Of a DNA stretch of 64,000 nucleotides, positions 22,684 through 33,074 are shown piece by piece. The position numbers and the translations under genes were made by a program. Within the stretch, counting starts at the first letter, position 1, and every line of letters starts with the position of its first letter. The notes below the pieces were generated by a model, which had not been told where the DNA came from, did no database searches, and was given only the letters and a program-made list of their open reading frames with translations. Origin of the DNA: a virus (lineage: Duplodnaviria > Caudoviricetes); the IMG/VR virus record IMGVR_UViG_2593339225_000003, positions 48,887 through 112,886 of that record; one strand, 5' to 3'.

Positions 22684-23850
22684 ATGAAATTCAAACTCTC
22701 AGCTAAAGACTTCAAAAACATTATCGAGCGCGTAGCCGTTGTTGCTGCGAAGAAATCACCTCTGCCCATACTTGAATGTGTGCAGATTATTGCTAACGAT
22801 GACACTGTTATGTTCCGAACGACAGACCTTGAGGCGTATGTAACCATCACGGCGAACACTGAGGTAATCGAGAATGGAACTGCTATTGTCGAACTCAGCA
22901 GCATTAAGAAACTGTACACAGTCAGCGGCGATGTTACATTCGAGCGGGACGGCATAAAATTCAGCGCATCCAACGGAAAGAAAAAGAATGAGATACCTTG
23001 TTATCCCGAATCTCAGAATGAACTTATGCCCGAGTTTCCGAATAATCCTCCGCGCGAATCCGCGATTATGACCGTGCCGGACAAAGCAGACTTCATTAAG
23101 GTTTTGGAAAATCTCGCGCCTTGCTTGAGTCCTGACCCCGCAAGAGTTATTTACACGGGATATAACATCAACAGCGGCAAGTATGGAATTATCGCAATAG
23201 ACGGTTATCACGCATTGAGTTTCTTAAACCCGTGGTGCGAACAGGGAAGGACATTCGACACTGTAATTCCCGGCTATACATACAAAATGTTGAAGAAAGT
23301 TTCCAATATCAAAGCAGAAACAAATTCGTTGGAACTTTACTATGAGGACGGCGGCAAATATATCTTTTATGTTGGCTACGATTATGTCCTCGCAACGAAG
23401 GTTATTGATGGAAACTTCTGCGTTTTTGCGCGGATTGTCGATGGCGACGGCAGTTATAAACACTCATTCAGCTTCAGCGCGGACTCTGCGGGATTGTGTG
23501 CTATTGCAAAGGAATATGCTGCGGTTTCAAAGGATAAAACGCATATTCATTGTATTGAGCTTAACGGAAAACTTGCGACGACCACGAGGACGTTTGATTT
23601 CCGAACGGCAGGTTGTGTGGATATTTTGGGCGGGAATTTGCCCGAAGGATTCCATATTCTGTTGGATTCCAAATATCTGTATGATATTATGAAAACTTTC
23701 AATGGCACAGATATTACCATTGAGTGCGGAACAGAGATTACTCCGTGGAAATTTTACAACGACAATTATGTTGGATTGGTCGCGCCGGGCAGGATGGAAG
23801 GCGACGTAAAAGATGATGCAGAATCGTATGTGAGGAACGCTTTTGCATAA
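22684..23850 (+). CDS. dnaN: DNA polymerase III beta sliding clamp homologue
   Basis: 388 aa, KSPLPILECV, TTDLE, AIDGY (cf. ATDGHR), LDSKYLYDIMK. Confidence 0.75.
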   Translation: MKFKLSAKDFKNIIERVAVVAAKKSPLPILECVQIIANDDTVMFRTTDLEAYVTITANTEVIENGTAIVELSSIKKLYTVSGDVTFERDGIKFSASNGKKKNEIPCYPESQNELMPEFPNNPPRESAIMTVPDKADFIKVLENLAPCLSPDPARVIYTGYNINSGKYGIIAIDGYHALSFLNPWCEQGRTFDTVIPGYTYKMLKKVSNIKAETNSLELYYEDGGKYIFYVGYDYVLATKVIDGNFCVFARIVDGDGSYKHSFSFSADSAGLCAIAKEYAAVSKDKTHIHCIELNGKLATTTRTFDFRTAGCVDILGGNLPEGFHILLDSKYLYDIMKTFNGTDITIECGTEITPWKFYNDNYVGLVAPGRMEGDVKDDAESYVRNAFA

Positions 23851-23977
23851 ATGGCTTTCTTTTCGATTTAAGCGTGTCCTACGCGCGGTTTTTGCGGAGA
23901 AAAAAAGTTAGGAATGATATTATATTCCTAAATAGTTTGTCCGTTTTTAGTGGGTTTTATGGGGGGGGGAAAACTAA

Positions 23978-24442
23978 ATGAAAACATACATCCATTATGG
24001 CTCAAAACAATTCGACAAAGAGCGTTTTACACCAATTCAAAATTGTTATCCGCGAAATAAGCCTATTGGCGGGTTATGGGCTTCCGAAGTTGGTGCTCGA
24101 TACAGTTGGAAACGATGGTGTGAAGGTGAGAATTACCGTACCGACCATTACAGAGCGGATAATTATTTCAAATTCACGATTGCAGAAAATGCAAAAATCC
24201 TTACTCTACTATGTGCAGATGATGTAAAAGCTATGCCAATGCTCGGCAAAGCTGGAATCGTTGATTATAAACCTGATTTTGAAGAAATAATGTCTTTGGG
24301 TTATGACGCTATTGATTATCGTCTGAGCGATGAAGTTGGAGCATTTGCATTTGATAGCCTGTATTGGTGTCTGTACGGCTGGGATTGTGATAGCATTTTG
24401 ATACTAAACAAAGATATTGTTATACCAATTACGGAGGAATAA
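23978..24442 (+). CDS. Phage hypothetical protein (KPxGGLWAS / YGWDCDS)
   Basis: 154-aa ORF with conserved-looking motifs. Confidence 0.65.
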   Translation: MKTYIHYGSKQFDKERFTPIQNCYPRNKPIGGLWASEVGARYSWKRWCEGENYRTDHYRADNYFKFTIAENAKILTLLCADDVKAMPMLGKAGIVDYKPDFEEIMSLGYDAIDYRLSDEVGAFAFDSLYWCLYGWDCDSILILNKDIVIPITEE

Positions 24443-24876
24443 ACTATGGAAAATTTTATAGGAATAGCTACTTGTTTCCTCTTTGGTGGAATAATTACAG
24501 GGGCATATATTATATTCCGCTTATTGATTGAATTAATACTTGATAAAATCAGTTTTTTGGAATCAAAATGGCTATTAATCACATTGATTGTGATGTTTGG
24601 GTTATTTTTGCTTGTACTTTTAACAATACTATGTGGTGTAATAATCACTTTTGTATTTAATGCAGGAGGATAAAATGAAAGATTCAAGAAAGAAATCACA
24701 TAGACACGATAAAGCTGTAAAGGCTGCGTATAACCTTCTTGTGAGTTATCGGAAACTTATGGAAGAAAAAGGTTAAGACGAATACGCGGCTGAAATTGAA
24801 TCGGCATATAAAGATTTATGGTGTGAATGTTTGAATGAAAAAGCACCGTGGTAATGCAAAGAAACGAGGTATATAA

Positions 24877-25713
24877 ATGACTAACACTCTTTATGATTAT
24901 GACCCGACCAAAGCCGAGCGGAAGGCTCTTGGCTACGATTGGGCGGAAAAAGCAAGACGGCAGTTTGAATTAGATAAAATCAACCGTGAGTTGAAAATAG
25001 GAATGGTAGTGTTCTTTATTAGCGGTTCAATAGGTAAACGGAGAGTTGATTTTGGAACTATTGACTTTCATTATCCCGGCGCGGTCAGCCTTGCACTATA
25101 TGACGTTCCGCGTAAAAGAGCCATAGACGGCGTTCCTATTGACCAAATGCAATTTCCTACGCCATTCAAGAAATTACCGAAGAACTGGACGTATGACACG
25201 GAATTATATAAGGTGACATATTTGCCTTACCCGCCCGAAGTCGCGGAAGAAGCTAAACATCTTTCTCCGCGCAAAGCCGAGGATGTTAGGCGAGCTATTG
25301 ACATCGGATTTATCGTTAATCGTCGCGACGTGGATTATAGTAATATCGAAACCAACTTTTCTAAAGGTGACGGATGGCAGATTGTCAAGAGAAGTACGCC
25401 GTTTTCTACGCCATTGCTAAATACATATAAGGCAACGTATGAGATTTACCAAACATACGAAGAAGCCGAGGAAGTAATCAAAGCAGAGGAGCGACAGTTA
25501 CAAATCGAGTCCGAGATGTCGGATGAGGAATGGTCTATCTATCAGATTGACAGAACCTTGTCGAAAATCTCTATGTCGGAAACGGATAGGGAACAGTACA
25601 GAAAATTTCTTTTGTCTTTGGATAACATTGAGGATGTCGTTGTCCGACTGAGCGACGGTACGATTCAGTGGAAATATGACCGAAACAAAAGATGGAATAA
25701 CATCGAGGTATAA
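24877..25713 (+). CDS. Hypothetical protein
   Basis: 278 aa, GAGG RBS. Confidence 0.7.
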   Translation: MTNTLYDYDPTKAERKALGYDWAEKARRQFELDKINRELKIGMVVFFISGSIGKRRVDFGTIDFHYPGAVSLALYDVPRKRAIDGVPIDQMQFPTPFKKLPKNWTYDTELYKVTYLPYPPEVAEEAKHLSPRKAEDVRRAIDIGFIVNRRDVDYSNIETNFSKGDGWQIVKRSTPFSTPLLNTYKATYEIYQTYEEAEEVIKAEERQLQIESEMSDEEWSIYQIDRTLSKISMSETDREQYRKFLLSLDNIEDVVVRLSDGTIQWKYDRNKRWNNIEV

Positions 25714-25937
25714 CTAAAATAAATAGCAAAAAACTTTTATATTTCTATTGACATTCGCGGAAAACCGTGATATAATAATAAAGACCATTAAGAGTGCGTA
25801 AGGGAACAAGCCCAATGACCGTACACCAACCTACCGAGTGGCAAGGTGGTAATGCTTGTCTGTATCGCTACAATGATATAGAACCAATGGGAATCTTTTA
25901 CACCTCTAATGAGATAAATTAGAGAGGATTTGAAACA

Positions 25938-26258
25938 ATGACAAACAACAGAACAATCAAAGAATTAAGCAAAAAGAATGGCAGAGTATATGTATTTCTT
26001 GCCAATGTAGAGGTCGGCGAGCAGTTCCTTCAGCAAGCCGAAGATGAGGGTTTTAACTTCGCGGACGGCGCAAAACCCACGGAACGCTGCTATGCTGAGA
26101 TTATGGCGGTCAACGGAAACAAGACAATCAACTTTGTCGGCGCGAACGGCAGGATTGCTTTCGGCAGCGGAGCGAAGAAGATTGGCGACCAGAAGTTAAT
26201 CCGCGTGGACTATGAGAAGTATCTAACCGGCGCGGAAAACTATGAATACAAGCAGTAA
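25938..26258 (+). CDS. Hypothetical protein
   Basis: First ORF after the promoter at 25748. Confidence 0.65.
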   Translation: MTNNRTIKELSKKNGRVYVFLANVEVGEQFLQQAEDEGFNFADGAKPTERCYAEIMAVNGNKTINFVGANGRIAFGSGAKKIGDQKLIRVDYEKYLTGAENYEYKQ

Positions 26259-26430
26259 TATCAAGGTCAAGCAATGCCGAAGATTCAGCGTAGAGGAATA
26301 ATATTCTTTATCGAGAAAAATATCCGTGGTGCTTGGGTTATCTATGGATTGGAAGGAATTAAGCAATACTATGGATATACCAAAGAACAGGCACGGCAAA
26401 AATATCTTGATGAAGCGCGAACAATAATAA

Positions 26431-26778
26431 ATGAGAAATGAGGTTATTATGACAAAACTGAGAGTGTGGTGGATTCCGCAAGTTCCAATGGAAGCCTTTT
26501 ACATTCCTGTCGAATCGCCCGAAGAAGGTCAAAAGGTAATGAATATCCTTGCGACCTATGACTGTTTCCGGTATAACCACAATGTTAAGCCGGATTATGC
26601 CAACACGGGCGGCTTGGAATACTTCAATGAAGAAAGCGGCGAGTGGGAAGATTGGTACTTTGAGGACGAAAATTCCTACTATGACAACCTTGATGAATAC
26701 ATTGAGGAACAGTCCGACCGCGCGGCTGAAATTGAAGCTCAGAACAAGGCTTTACTCGAACAGGTGTATTTCGATTAA
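26431..26778 (+). CDS. P22 gp17-like (superinfection exclusion gp17 family) protein
   Basis: KLRVWWIPQVPM..PDYANTGGLE..WEDW recalls the gp17 family. Confidence 0.65.
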   Translation: MRNEVIMTKLRVWWIPQVPMEAFYIPVESPEEGQKVMNILATYDCFRYNHNVKPDYANTGGLEYFNEESGEWEDWYFEDENSYYDNLDEYIEEQSDRAAEIEAQNKALLEQVYFD

Positions 26779-27006
26779 GAGGTGTTATGAATGTTAAACG
26801 TTGAAAGACGGACAGACAAAAAATTTTTTAACTGCAATAATTGCGGAGCAACGAATTATGAATCGGAATGGAATGATACTGTTGATTATTTAACGCATAT
26901 TTCCACCGAAAACGGCAGCGGTTCATTTATTTGTATTAGGCTTTGTGATAAATGTCTTAAAGAGTTGAAAAATAAACTCAACGATATTCAAACGGACTAA
27001 GAGTTG

Positions 27007-27162
27007 TTTGCGGTGGCGGAATAGGTAGACGCTATAACGAGAGGTAGAGACAGACAGTGGTTCGATTCCACCCTTTGCAACTTGTAGGCGTAGTAGCCAT
27101 AGCAAAGAGGCTCGTGTTGGTAATAATCGGTCTTATGTGAGGTGCAAATCCTCACCCGCAAA
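27007..27162 (+). ncRNA. tRNA-like RNA with a large insert replacing the anticodon arm
   Basis: TTTGCGG/CCGCAAA acceptor, Leu-type D arm GGCGGAATAGGTAGACGC, terminal arm TGAGG-TGCAAAT-CCTCA, internal GTGGTTCGATTCCAC. Confidence 0.6.
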
Positions 27163-27317
27163 TGACTGCAAATAAAATATGTTTTTTATCGACGGAATAA
27201 CCACAATATATAGTGGTATAAGAAAAACCAAACACAATATATAGTATGTGGGCGGGACGTGTAATCTCGTCCGCAAATAAACGCAAGTAAAATAAATAGC
27301 ACAAATGATTGTGAGAT

Positions 27318-27875
27318 ATGTTTGTATATAGATATTATAATATAATGACAGACCAATTTGAATATGTTGGCGTGAATTTTGGGAATACGATAAACGAATT
27401 GATGAGGCGTGTATATAACCATAATTACCAAGATGATTGGTGTAAAAATGGATTTTATCGCATTGATTATATCGAGGTGATAAATAAAAGCGAAGCATAT
27501 GCTTTAGAAAGCCATTTGATTTCATTATATGAAACATTTCTCCGTCAAAATAAGGATAAATCTAATTATGGTATAAATAGTTTATTGCCAAAACATTTTG
27601 AATGGATTATATTGCGCTATGTGCGTGATGGCAAAGTAGTTGTTGTGCCTGAACTTAAAATTCGACAAAGACAATGCAAAAGTAATGTTAAAAGGGTTTT
27701 AGAATGGCTTGATAAAAAGTCTATTGGCGAAACATTTTATATTAAAGAGATGTTAGCCGATTTAGAGTTGAGCCAGCAGCAGTTAAAAACTATAAAGCGT
27801 GGTAATTTATACATTAAAAATCTTCTTGCGAAAATGAGAATAAATCAGCGAAAAGGATTATATCAAAAAATCTAA
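27318..27875 (+). CDS. Degenerate GIY-YIG-like protein
   Basis: FVYRY..EYVG..RRVYNH..EAYALESHLI. Confidence 0.55.
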   Translation: MFVYRYYNIMTDQFEYVGVNFGNTINELMRRVYNHNYQDDWCKNGFYRIDYIEVINKSEAYALESHLISLYETFLRQNKDKSNYGINSLLPKHFEWIILRYVRDGKVVVVPELKIRQRQCKSNVKRVLEWLDKKSIGETFYIKEMLADLELSQQQLKTIKRGNLYIKNLLAKMRINQRKGLYQKI

Positions 27876-27958
27876 AATAAATAGCAAAAAACTTTCATAT
27901 TTCTATTGACAAATGAAAGAATCGGAGGTATAATGTAAATAGTAAAAAACATTTAGGA

Positions 27959-28918
27959 GTGATTATAATGTTGAACGCTAATACACTTACAATTACATCT
28001 CCATTTCTTTTCCCGAATCAGGAATTTTATATGGAAGCTCCGGCGGAACAGCCGAAACTCAAAAAGGACGGAACGCCCAAGCGCGTAAAGTGCAACAAGC
28101 AGCGCGGCAAAAAGTCTGAGGTTTATCCCATTCAGGTCAGCGACATCCGCAGATTTATGGATTGGTTTGCAGACCACGGCAAGTGGGAGTGCTACCTTGC
28201 TTTTGTCATCGGTATCAATATGGCACGTCGCGCAGGTGATACGCTTGCACTGAGATGGGAGCATTTCTTTAATGCAAACGGTACATTCCGCGCGGATTTG
28301 CTTGAAATCGTAGAGGACAAGACAGATAAACTTGCTAACCCGCACATCAACTCGGCAGTAAGAAAAGCAATCAATCTGTATGTCGAGAAAACGGGCGTGA
28401 ATCCTGCGGATAACGGTTATCAGAACTACGTATTTGTTCAAACGAGCGGAAACTACAAAGGTAGAGTTATTTCTTATAATGCTTATCGCCTTTGCTTGAA
28501 GAAAGCTGCGGACGAACTCGGTGTTGAGTATAACGTCGGAACGCACAGTACACGAAAGACTTTCGGTATGGTTTCTCGTATGCTCCACGCGGGCGATTAT
28601 GACTCGATGGAACTTCTGCAAACTATCTACAACCATTCCGACACAAAAACCACAAAGAGCTACATTGGATTAACCAAGAAGAAGGTTGACCAGTATTTCG
28701 ACGATATGGGCGAGTTCTTTGATGATTATGTGACGGGTGAAAAGACATTCACAGAAGTCGCGGAAGCTCCTGTTGTGAGTATTGACGTAAACGACCTGCG
28801 AGATGTTATCAAGATGGCTTATAAGGCTGGCGCGGATAATGCCGGAACGACAGACCCCGCCGTTCACCTTGAGGCTATGAATAATCTTCTCGCTATGATT
28901 GACGGATTGCAGAAATGA
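27959..28918 (+). CDS. Tyrosine recombinase/integrase
   Basis: ARRAGD (R), EDKTDK (K), HSTRKT (HxxR), YNHS, SYIG (Y). Promoter at 27906. Confidence 0.9.
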   Translation: MIIMLNANTLTITSPFLFPNQEFYMEAPAEQPKLKKDGTPKRVKCNKQRGKKSEVYPIQVSDIRRFMDWFADHGKWECYLAFVIGINMARRAGDTLALRWEHFFNANGTFRADLLEIVEDKTDKLANPHINSAVRKAINLYVEKTGVNPADNGYQNYVFVQTSGNYKGRVISYNAYRLCLKKAADELGVEYNVGTHSTRKTFGMVSRMLHAGDYDSMELLQTIYNHSDTKTTKSYIGLTKKKVDQYFDDMGEFFDDYVTGEKTFTEVAEAPVVSIDVNDLRDVIKMAYKAGADNAGTTDPAVHLEAMNNLLAMIDGLQK

Positions 28919-28930
28919 GGTATATTTTGT

Positions 28931-29756
28931 ATGTATAATAATTTTTTACTTGATGGCTGTATTTATAGCGAAAACGAAAAATACTCTTTGAATACTCCAT
29001 TTAAGTGGAAGGACGAAAGAATTAGCGTTGAGTTTGATTTAATTAGAGAGGGTAACAATGTTTCGTTAAAAGCGATAATCCCTGCGAATAAATACTCTGA
29101 ATTTCAGTCTATGAAAGGCACTATTCGTTGTATTCAAAGGGTATCTGGGAAAGAATTTATTATCACATTTTTGCCGGAAGATATAATTCGCATTATCAGT
29201 GATGATTATGAGGTTGTCAATGTTGCATATCAAAGCAAATGTGAAAAATATCTTATGGATAGAGAAAAGAAATGGCTTGCAAAAGAGGAAGAAGAACGCA
29301 AGCAAAAAGAAGCAGAAGAAGCTGAGCGTATGAGTCATTTTTGGTATCGGTTATTCCATCGCAAAAGTGAGGTGAGATAATGAAAGCATCAATCGCTCTG
29401 ATTGTCCTTGCACTTGTTTTAAGTGTGGCTGCAACTGTGTTGTGTTTATATGTTGGGATTGCAACAGACAGACCTTTCCAAATCGTTTTAGGCGGGTTAA
29501 ACGCAACGCTTGTGCTGTTTAATACGGCAAATCTAATATCGGTTATACGGAGGAATAAATGACTGCAATCGCAGGAATCCCGAAAACGGAAACAATATGG
29601 GTGACATACACCTCTGAAAAAGGCGAGGTTTACCATATCACGGCGAAAACCAACAACAGAGATTATTACTACCTTTATAAAATAGTTGATGGCAAAGCAC
29701 AGAAACTCGGACGAGCAAGAACACCTACGGAACTTGAAGAAAAATTTTTGAAATAA
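28931..29756 (+). other. Three small hypothetical genes (28931-29380, 29380-29562 membrane, 29559-29756)
   Basis: Coupled ORFs with RBS. Confidence 0.6.
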
Positions 29757-29931
29757 ATCTCACAAAACATATTGACAAAGTTGTTACCTTGTGTTACAAT
29801 AGTGTTACAAGATAACCCGACGGGTGGAAGGAGTGTTAATGCTTTTCAACTGACAACTGAATAATTCACATAGAGGCACTAAATCCAGCCTACGCGGGTT
29901 ACATATTCTTACACAAGGTAGGTGCGGATTT

Positions 29932-30312
29932 ATGTTAAAGATTAATGAAAAGATTCGCCCTCGATTTGGTGAAGTGTGGATGTGCCATCTCACAGACAAG
30001 GGCGGAAGCGTACAGAGTGGTTATAGACCTGTGTTCATTCTGTCTAACAATCAGAATAATACATATAGCTCCACGCTAAATGTTATTCCTATTACATCCA
30101 AGATGAATAAGAGGAAACTGCCAGTTCACGTTGAACTTTGGAATTACGCAATATTCGGATTAAAAACTCCAAGCACAATGATGGTCGAACAGACGACAAC
30201 GGTTTCCATTGAAAGTCTTGAAAGAAAAATCGGAGCAATTAGCGACCACGCAATCTTGGCGAGCATCGGCAGGGCGATTATCGTTCAGTTCCCGATTTTC
30301 GCGGGTTGTTAA
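29932..30312 (+). CDS. MazF/PemK-family protein
   Basis: GEVW..GSVQSGYRPVFILSN..N..VIPITS..LPVHV..EQ. Confidence 0.85.
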   Translation: MLKINEKIRPRFGEVWMCHLTDKGGSVQSGYRPVFILSNNQNNTYSSTLNVIPITSKMNKRKLPVHVELWNYAIFGLKTPSTMMVEQTTTVSIESLERKIGAISDHAILASIGRAIIVQFPIFAGC

Positions 30313-30391
30313 AAACAATAGCAAAAAAGATTGACATTTATAATCGGCTTTGCTATAATGTATGTGTAATAATCTGTTTGAGGTGTGAATT

Positions 30392-31387
30392 ATGGGTAAA
30401 GTGTCAACAGAAAAGTTATTAGACCGTTTCTTTGGAAGCCCCGAAGGTGCGAAATACGCAAGTAAACGAAAACTAATTAGAGAAGAACAATTATATGAGT
30501 ATGAAATGGAAATCGGCAAAGAAATTGTCGATATGGATGCTGATGAGATAATTGGCTTCTTGTCTAATATGAAAACACGCAGGAACAGCGCGGAAACGAA
30601 CACAGTAATGAACAATTACTCGTTAGACCAAGTGTTAGTCATATACCGCAAAGTTTTTGATTACTACATTGAAGAATTTGAAGTTATAAAAAATCCATTC
30701 CGCAATCCCAAACTGCGCGGCACAGAGTTGTATAATCGGCTCTATGAAAACAAGGAACGCTTTTCTTGGGAAATGGTTGAGGATATTATATGCAAACTTC
30801 ACTCAGGCGACAATCAAGCCCGCGCGGATTATATCGAATTGATTATGTTGCTCTACTATAACGGATTTGAGAACGCAACTGAAATCGTGGAAATGCAGGA
30901 ACAAGATGTAAACCACAAGATGAAGGCTGTTCTCCTGCCGGGCAAGACAATTCATTTGTCGGACAGATGTTATAATTTGCTTACAAAGTTTAATTCAATG
31001 ACCGAATTAGAGGGTTGGCGGAACTTTGTGTTGGCAAGCTGGCACGGAAGTTATTTCAAGTTCATTGTTAGAGCAAGCAAGGCGGATGAGATTGATGAAC
31101 GACCGCTGAAGGTTATGCGTGAGAATATCAATGTTTATCTATGCAAGTATGTAAACAATGAGTATAACACGCATATCAATTATAGCAACCTTTATTTGCT
31201 TGGATTCTATGATTATTTGGTCGGCAAATTTGGCGAGGGCAGAGTTAATGAAATGCTCTTGTCTAATTATGATAGCGAAGCCGTTCAGCAGTTGCAGCAA
31301 GCCGCGCGTGAGTATGGTTTCAAATATGAAAACGTATCTCATTTGAAAAGGCGGCTGAGAATGTTTGTTAAACCAGAAGAAGAATAA
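30392..31387 (+). CDS. Tyrosine-recombinase-fold protein without an intact catalytic set, MrpR/YopR-like repressor candidate
   Basis: 331 aa, SAM-like N-terminus, LIMLLYYNG, no HxxR. Own promoter at 30331. Confidence 0.55.
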   Translation: MGKVSTEKLLDRFFGSPEGAKYASKRKLIREEQLYEYEMEIGKEIVDMDADEIIGFLSNMKTRRNSAETNTVMNNYSLDQVLVIYRKVFDYYIEEFEVIKNPFRNPKLRGTELYNRLYENKERFSWEMVEDIICKLHSGDNQARADYIELIMLLYYNGFENATEIVEMQEQDVNHKMKAVLLPGKTIHLSDRCYNLLTKFNSMTELEGWRNFVLASWHGSYFKFIVRASKADEIDERPLKVMRENINVYLCKYVNNEYNTHINYSNLYLLGFYDYLVGKFGEGRVNEMLLSNYDSEAVQQLQQAAREYGFKYENVSHLKRRLRMFVKPEEE

Positions 31388-31389
31388 AA

Positions 31390-31415
31390 GTTGGGCTGTC
31401 GAAAGGCAGCCTAAC
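31390..31415 (+). terminator. Stem-loop after the MrpR-like gene
   Basis: GTTGGGCTGTC-GAAA-GGCAGCCTAAC. No U-tract on the plus strand. Confidence 0.5.
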
Positions 31416-31457
31416 ACAAACAAATTAAAATAAATATCACAAAACATTTAATACGAG

Positions 31458-32099
31458 GTGCAGAAGTTGGGATATTATGTATTGACAAATGGAGAAGGAA
31501 GTTACATCACGCTTGATAAGAGCGGGAATAAGTATATACCAATAAGAAGCTCAAACGCGGCACATAAGTTTCCTGACTTGAAACGCGCAATGAATGTTCT
31601 CAATAACTCAATTACAACGTCAATCCGCAGCCATTATATGCCCGAGTACCACAAGACAGAGGAAATCGTTGAAAAGATTGAAACGGAGCGGCAAAGCGAA
31701 ATTTGCTTTCGTGAAATTGAAAACAACGAAATCGCGGATTGGCAAAAGCGGATTATGCAGTTGCTTGACCTGTTCGGCGGGACGGATAATCGCACAAGTG
31801 AACTCTCCGAAAAACTGAGCGACGTGGACAAAAAGATTGTAGATGTTGAGCATTATATAGAGTTTGGTAAGTTCAATGCTTATCAAGGTTGGATATGTTT
31901 CAAGATGTTGCAGAATCTCCTTCAGCAACGCCGGCAATACAAGAACGAAATGCAGGTTTTGCAAAAGATAAAGAGCTGCCCAATATCCAAAGAAGCAATC
32001 AAGGCACTTTCGGACAGCGTGGCGGAGGCACAGAATAAAGTGTATAAGCCGCGCAAATTCACAGAGTTATTTTCGGGGTGGTCGGAACGAAGAAATTAA
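31458..32099 (+). CDS. Coiled-coil phage protein (DVEHYIEFGKFNAYQG)
   Basis: 213 aa, GTG start. Confidence 0.7.
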   Translation: MQKLGYYVLTNGEGSYITLDKSGNKYIPIRSSNAAHKFPDLKRAMNVLNNSITTSIRSHYMPEYHKTEEIVEKIETERQSEICFREIENNEIADWQKRIMQLLDLFGGTDNRTSELSEKLSDVDKKIVDVEHYIEFGKFNAYQGWICFKMLQNLLQQRRQYKNEMQVLQKIKSCPISKEAIKALSDSVAEAQNKVYKPRKFTELFSGWSERRN

Positions 32100-32223
32100 A
32101 ACTATGGCTTTATTATAACAAGCCGCGAATCCAAATATATCCACATATGTTGTACATAAGATGGCGGGATTACGAATGGATTATTCCGCGAAACAATAAT
32201 TACTATCGTTAAGGAGAATTATA

Positions 32224-32505
32224 ATGTATGTACCAAAGCCTGTCGATACGGCAGATGTTACACTAAGTCCTGACATTGTTGAGTTGGGCGAGAAAATTAC
32301 AGAGAGCGTCCACGATGTATGGACGGAAGGTCGGGTTAAAGAGGGATGGACATATGGCGAAACGAGAAATGATGAACTAAAGCAACATCCTTGTCTTGTT
32401 CCATATGGAGATTTGTCCGATTCCGAAAAGGAATACGACCGCAATACCGCGATGGAAACACTCAAACTCATTATGAAGTTGGGCTACAAAATCGAAAAGG
32501 TATAA
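32224..32505 (+). CDS. RyR-domain protein
   Basis: HDVW..GWTYG..HPCLVPYGDL..EKEYDR. Confidence 0.85.
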   Translation: MYVPKPVDTADVTLSPDIVELGEKITESVHDVWTEGRVKEGWTYGETRNDELKQHPCLVPYGDLSDSEKEYDRNTAMETLKLIMKLGYKIEKV

Positions 32506-32527
32506 TAATACATAAGGAGAACAGAGA

Positions 32528-33074
32528 ATGAAAAAAATTACTTGTTGTTGTAGATTTTCAGAATGACTTTATTGACGGTGCGCTCGGAACTTCCGAAGCT
32601 GTGGAAATCGTGCCAAACGTGGTAAACAAAATCAACGATTGGGATGGCGACATCGCTTTTACTGCCGACACTCACGGCGAAAATTACCTTGAAGCCAACG
32701 AGGGCAAGCATTTGCCGGTCGTACATTGCGTACAGAATACGGACGGTTGGGAACTTCGCGCGGAGGTTGCAAAGGCTGTCAAAGAAAAGATGGATGCAAA
32801 GGTATTTCAGGGCGTTTCATTCCTAAAAGATACTTTCGGTTCGCTTGACCTTATGAACTACATTAGCGCAATCGGTTATGAGTATGTTGAGTTTATCGGA
32901 CTATGCACGGACATTTGCGTTGCAAGTAACGCGATTATGGCGAAGGCTTTTCTGCTCGAAGCCCAGATTGTCGTTGACCCGTCTTGCTGCGCGGGCGTAA
33001 CTCCCGAAACCCACGATGCGGCACTTACCACAATGAAGATGCGTCAGATTGATATTTTGGAGGTAGCAAAATGA
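32528..33074 (+). pseudogene. Nicotinamidase/isochorismatase-family cysteine hydrolase, frameshift in the 5' A-run
   Basis: LLVVVDFQNDF is out of frame with the ATG at 32528. DTH, HC and GLCTDICV motifs present. Confidence 0.75.
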
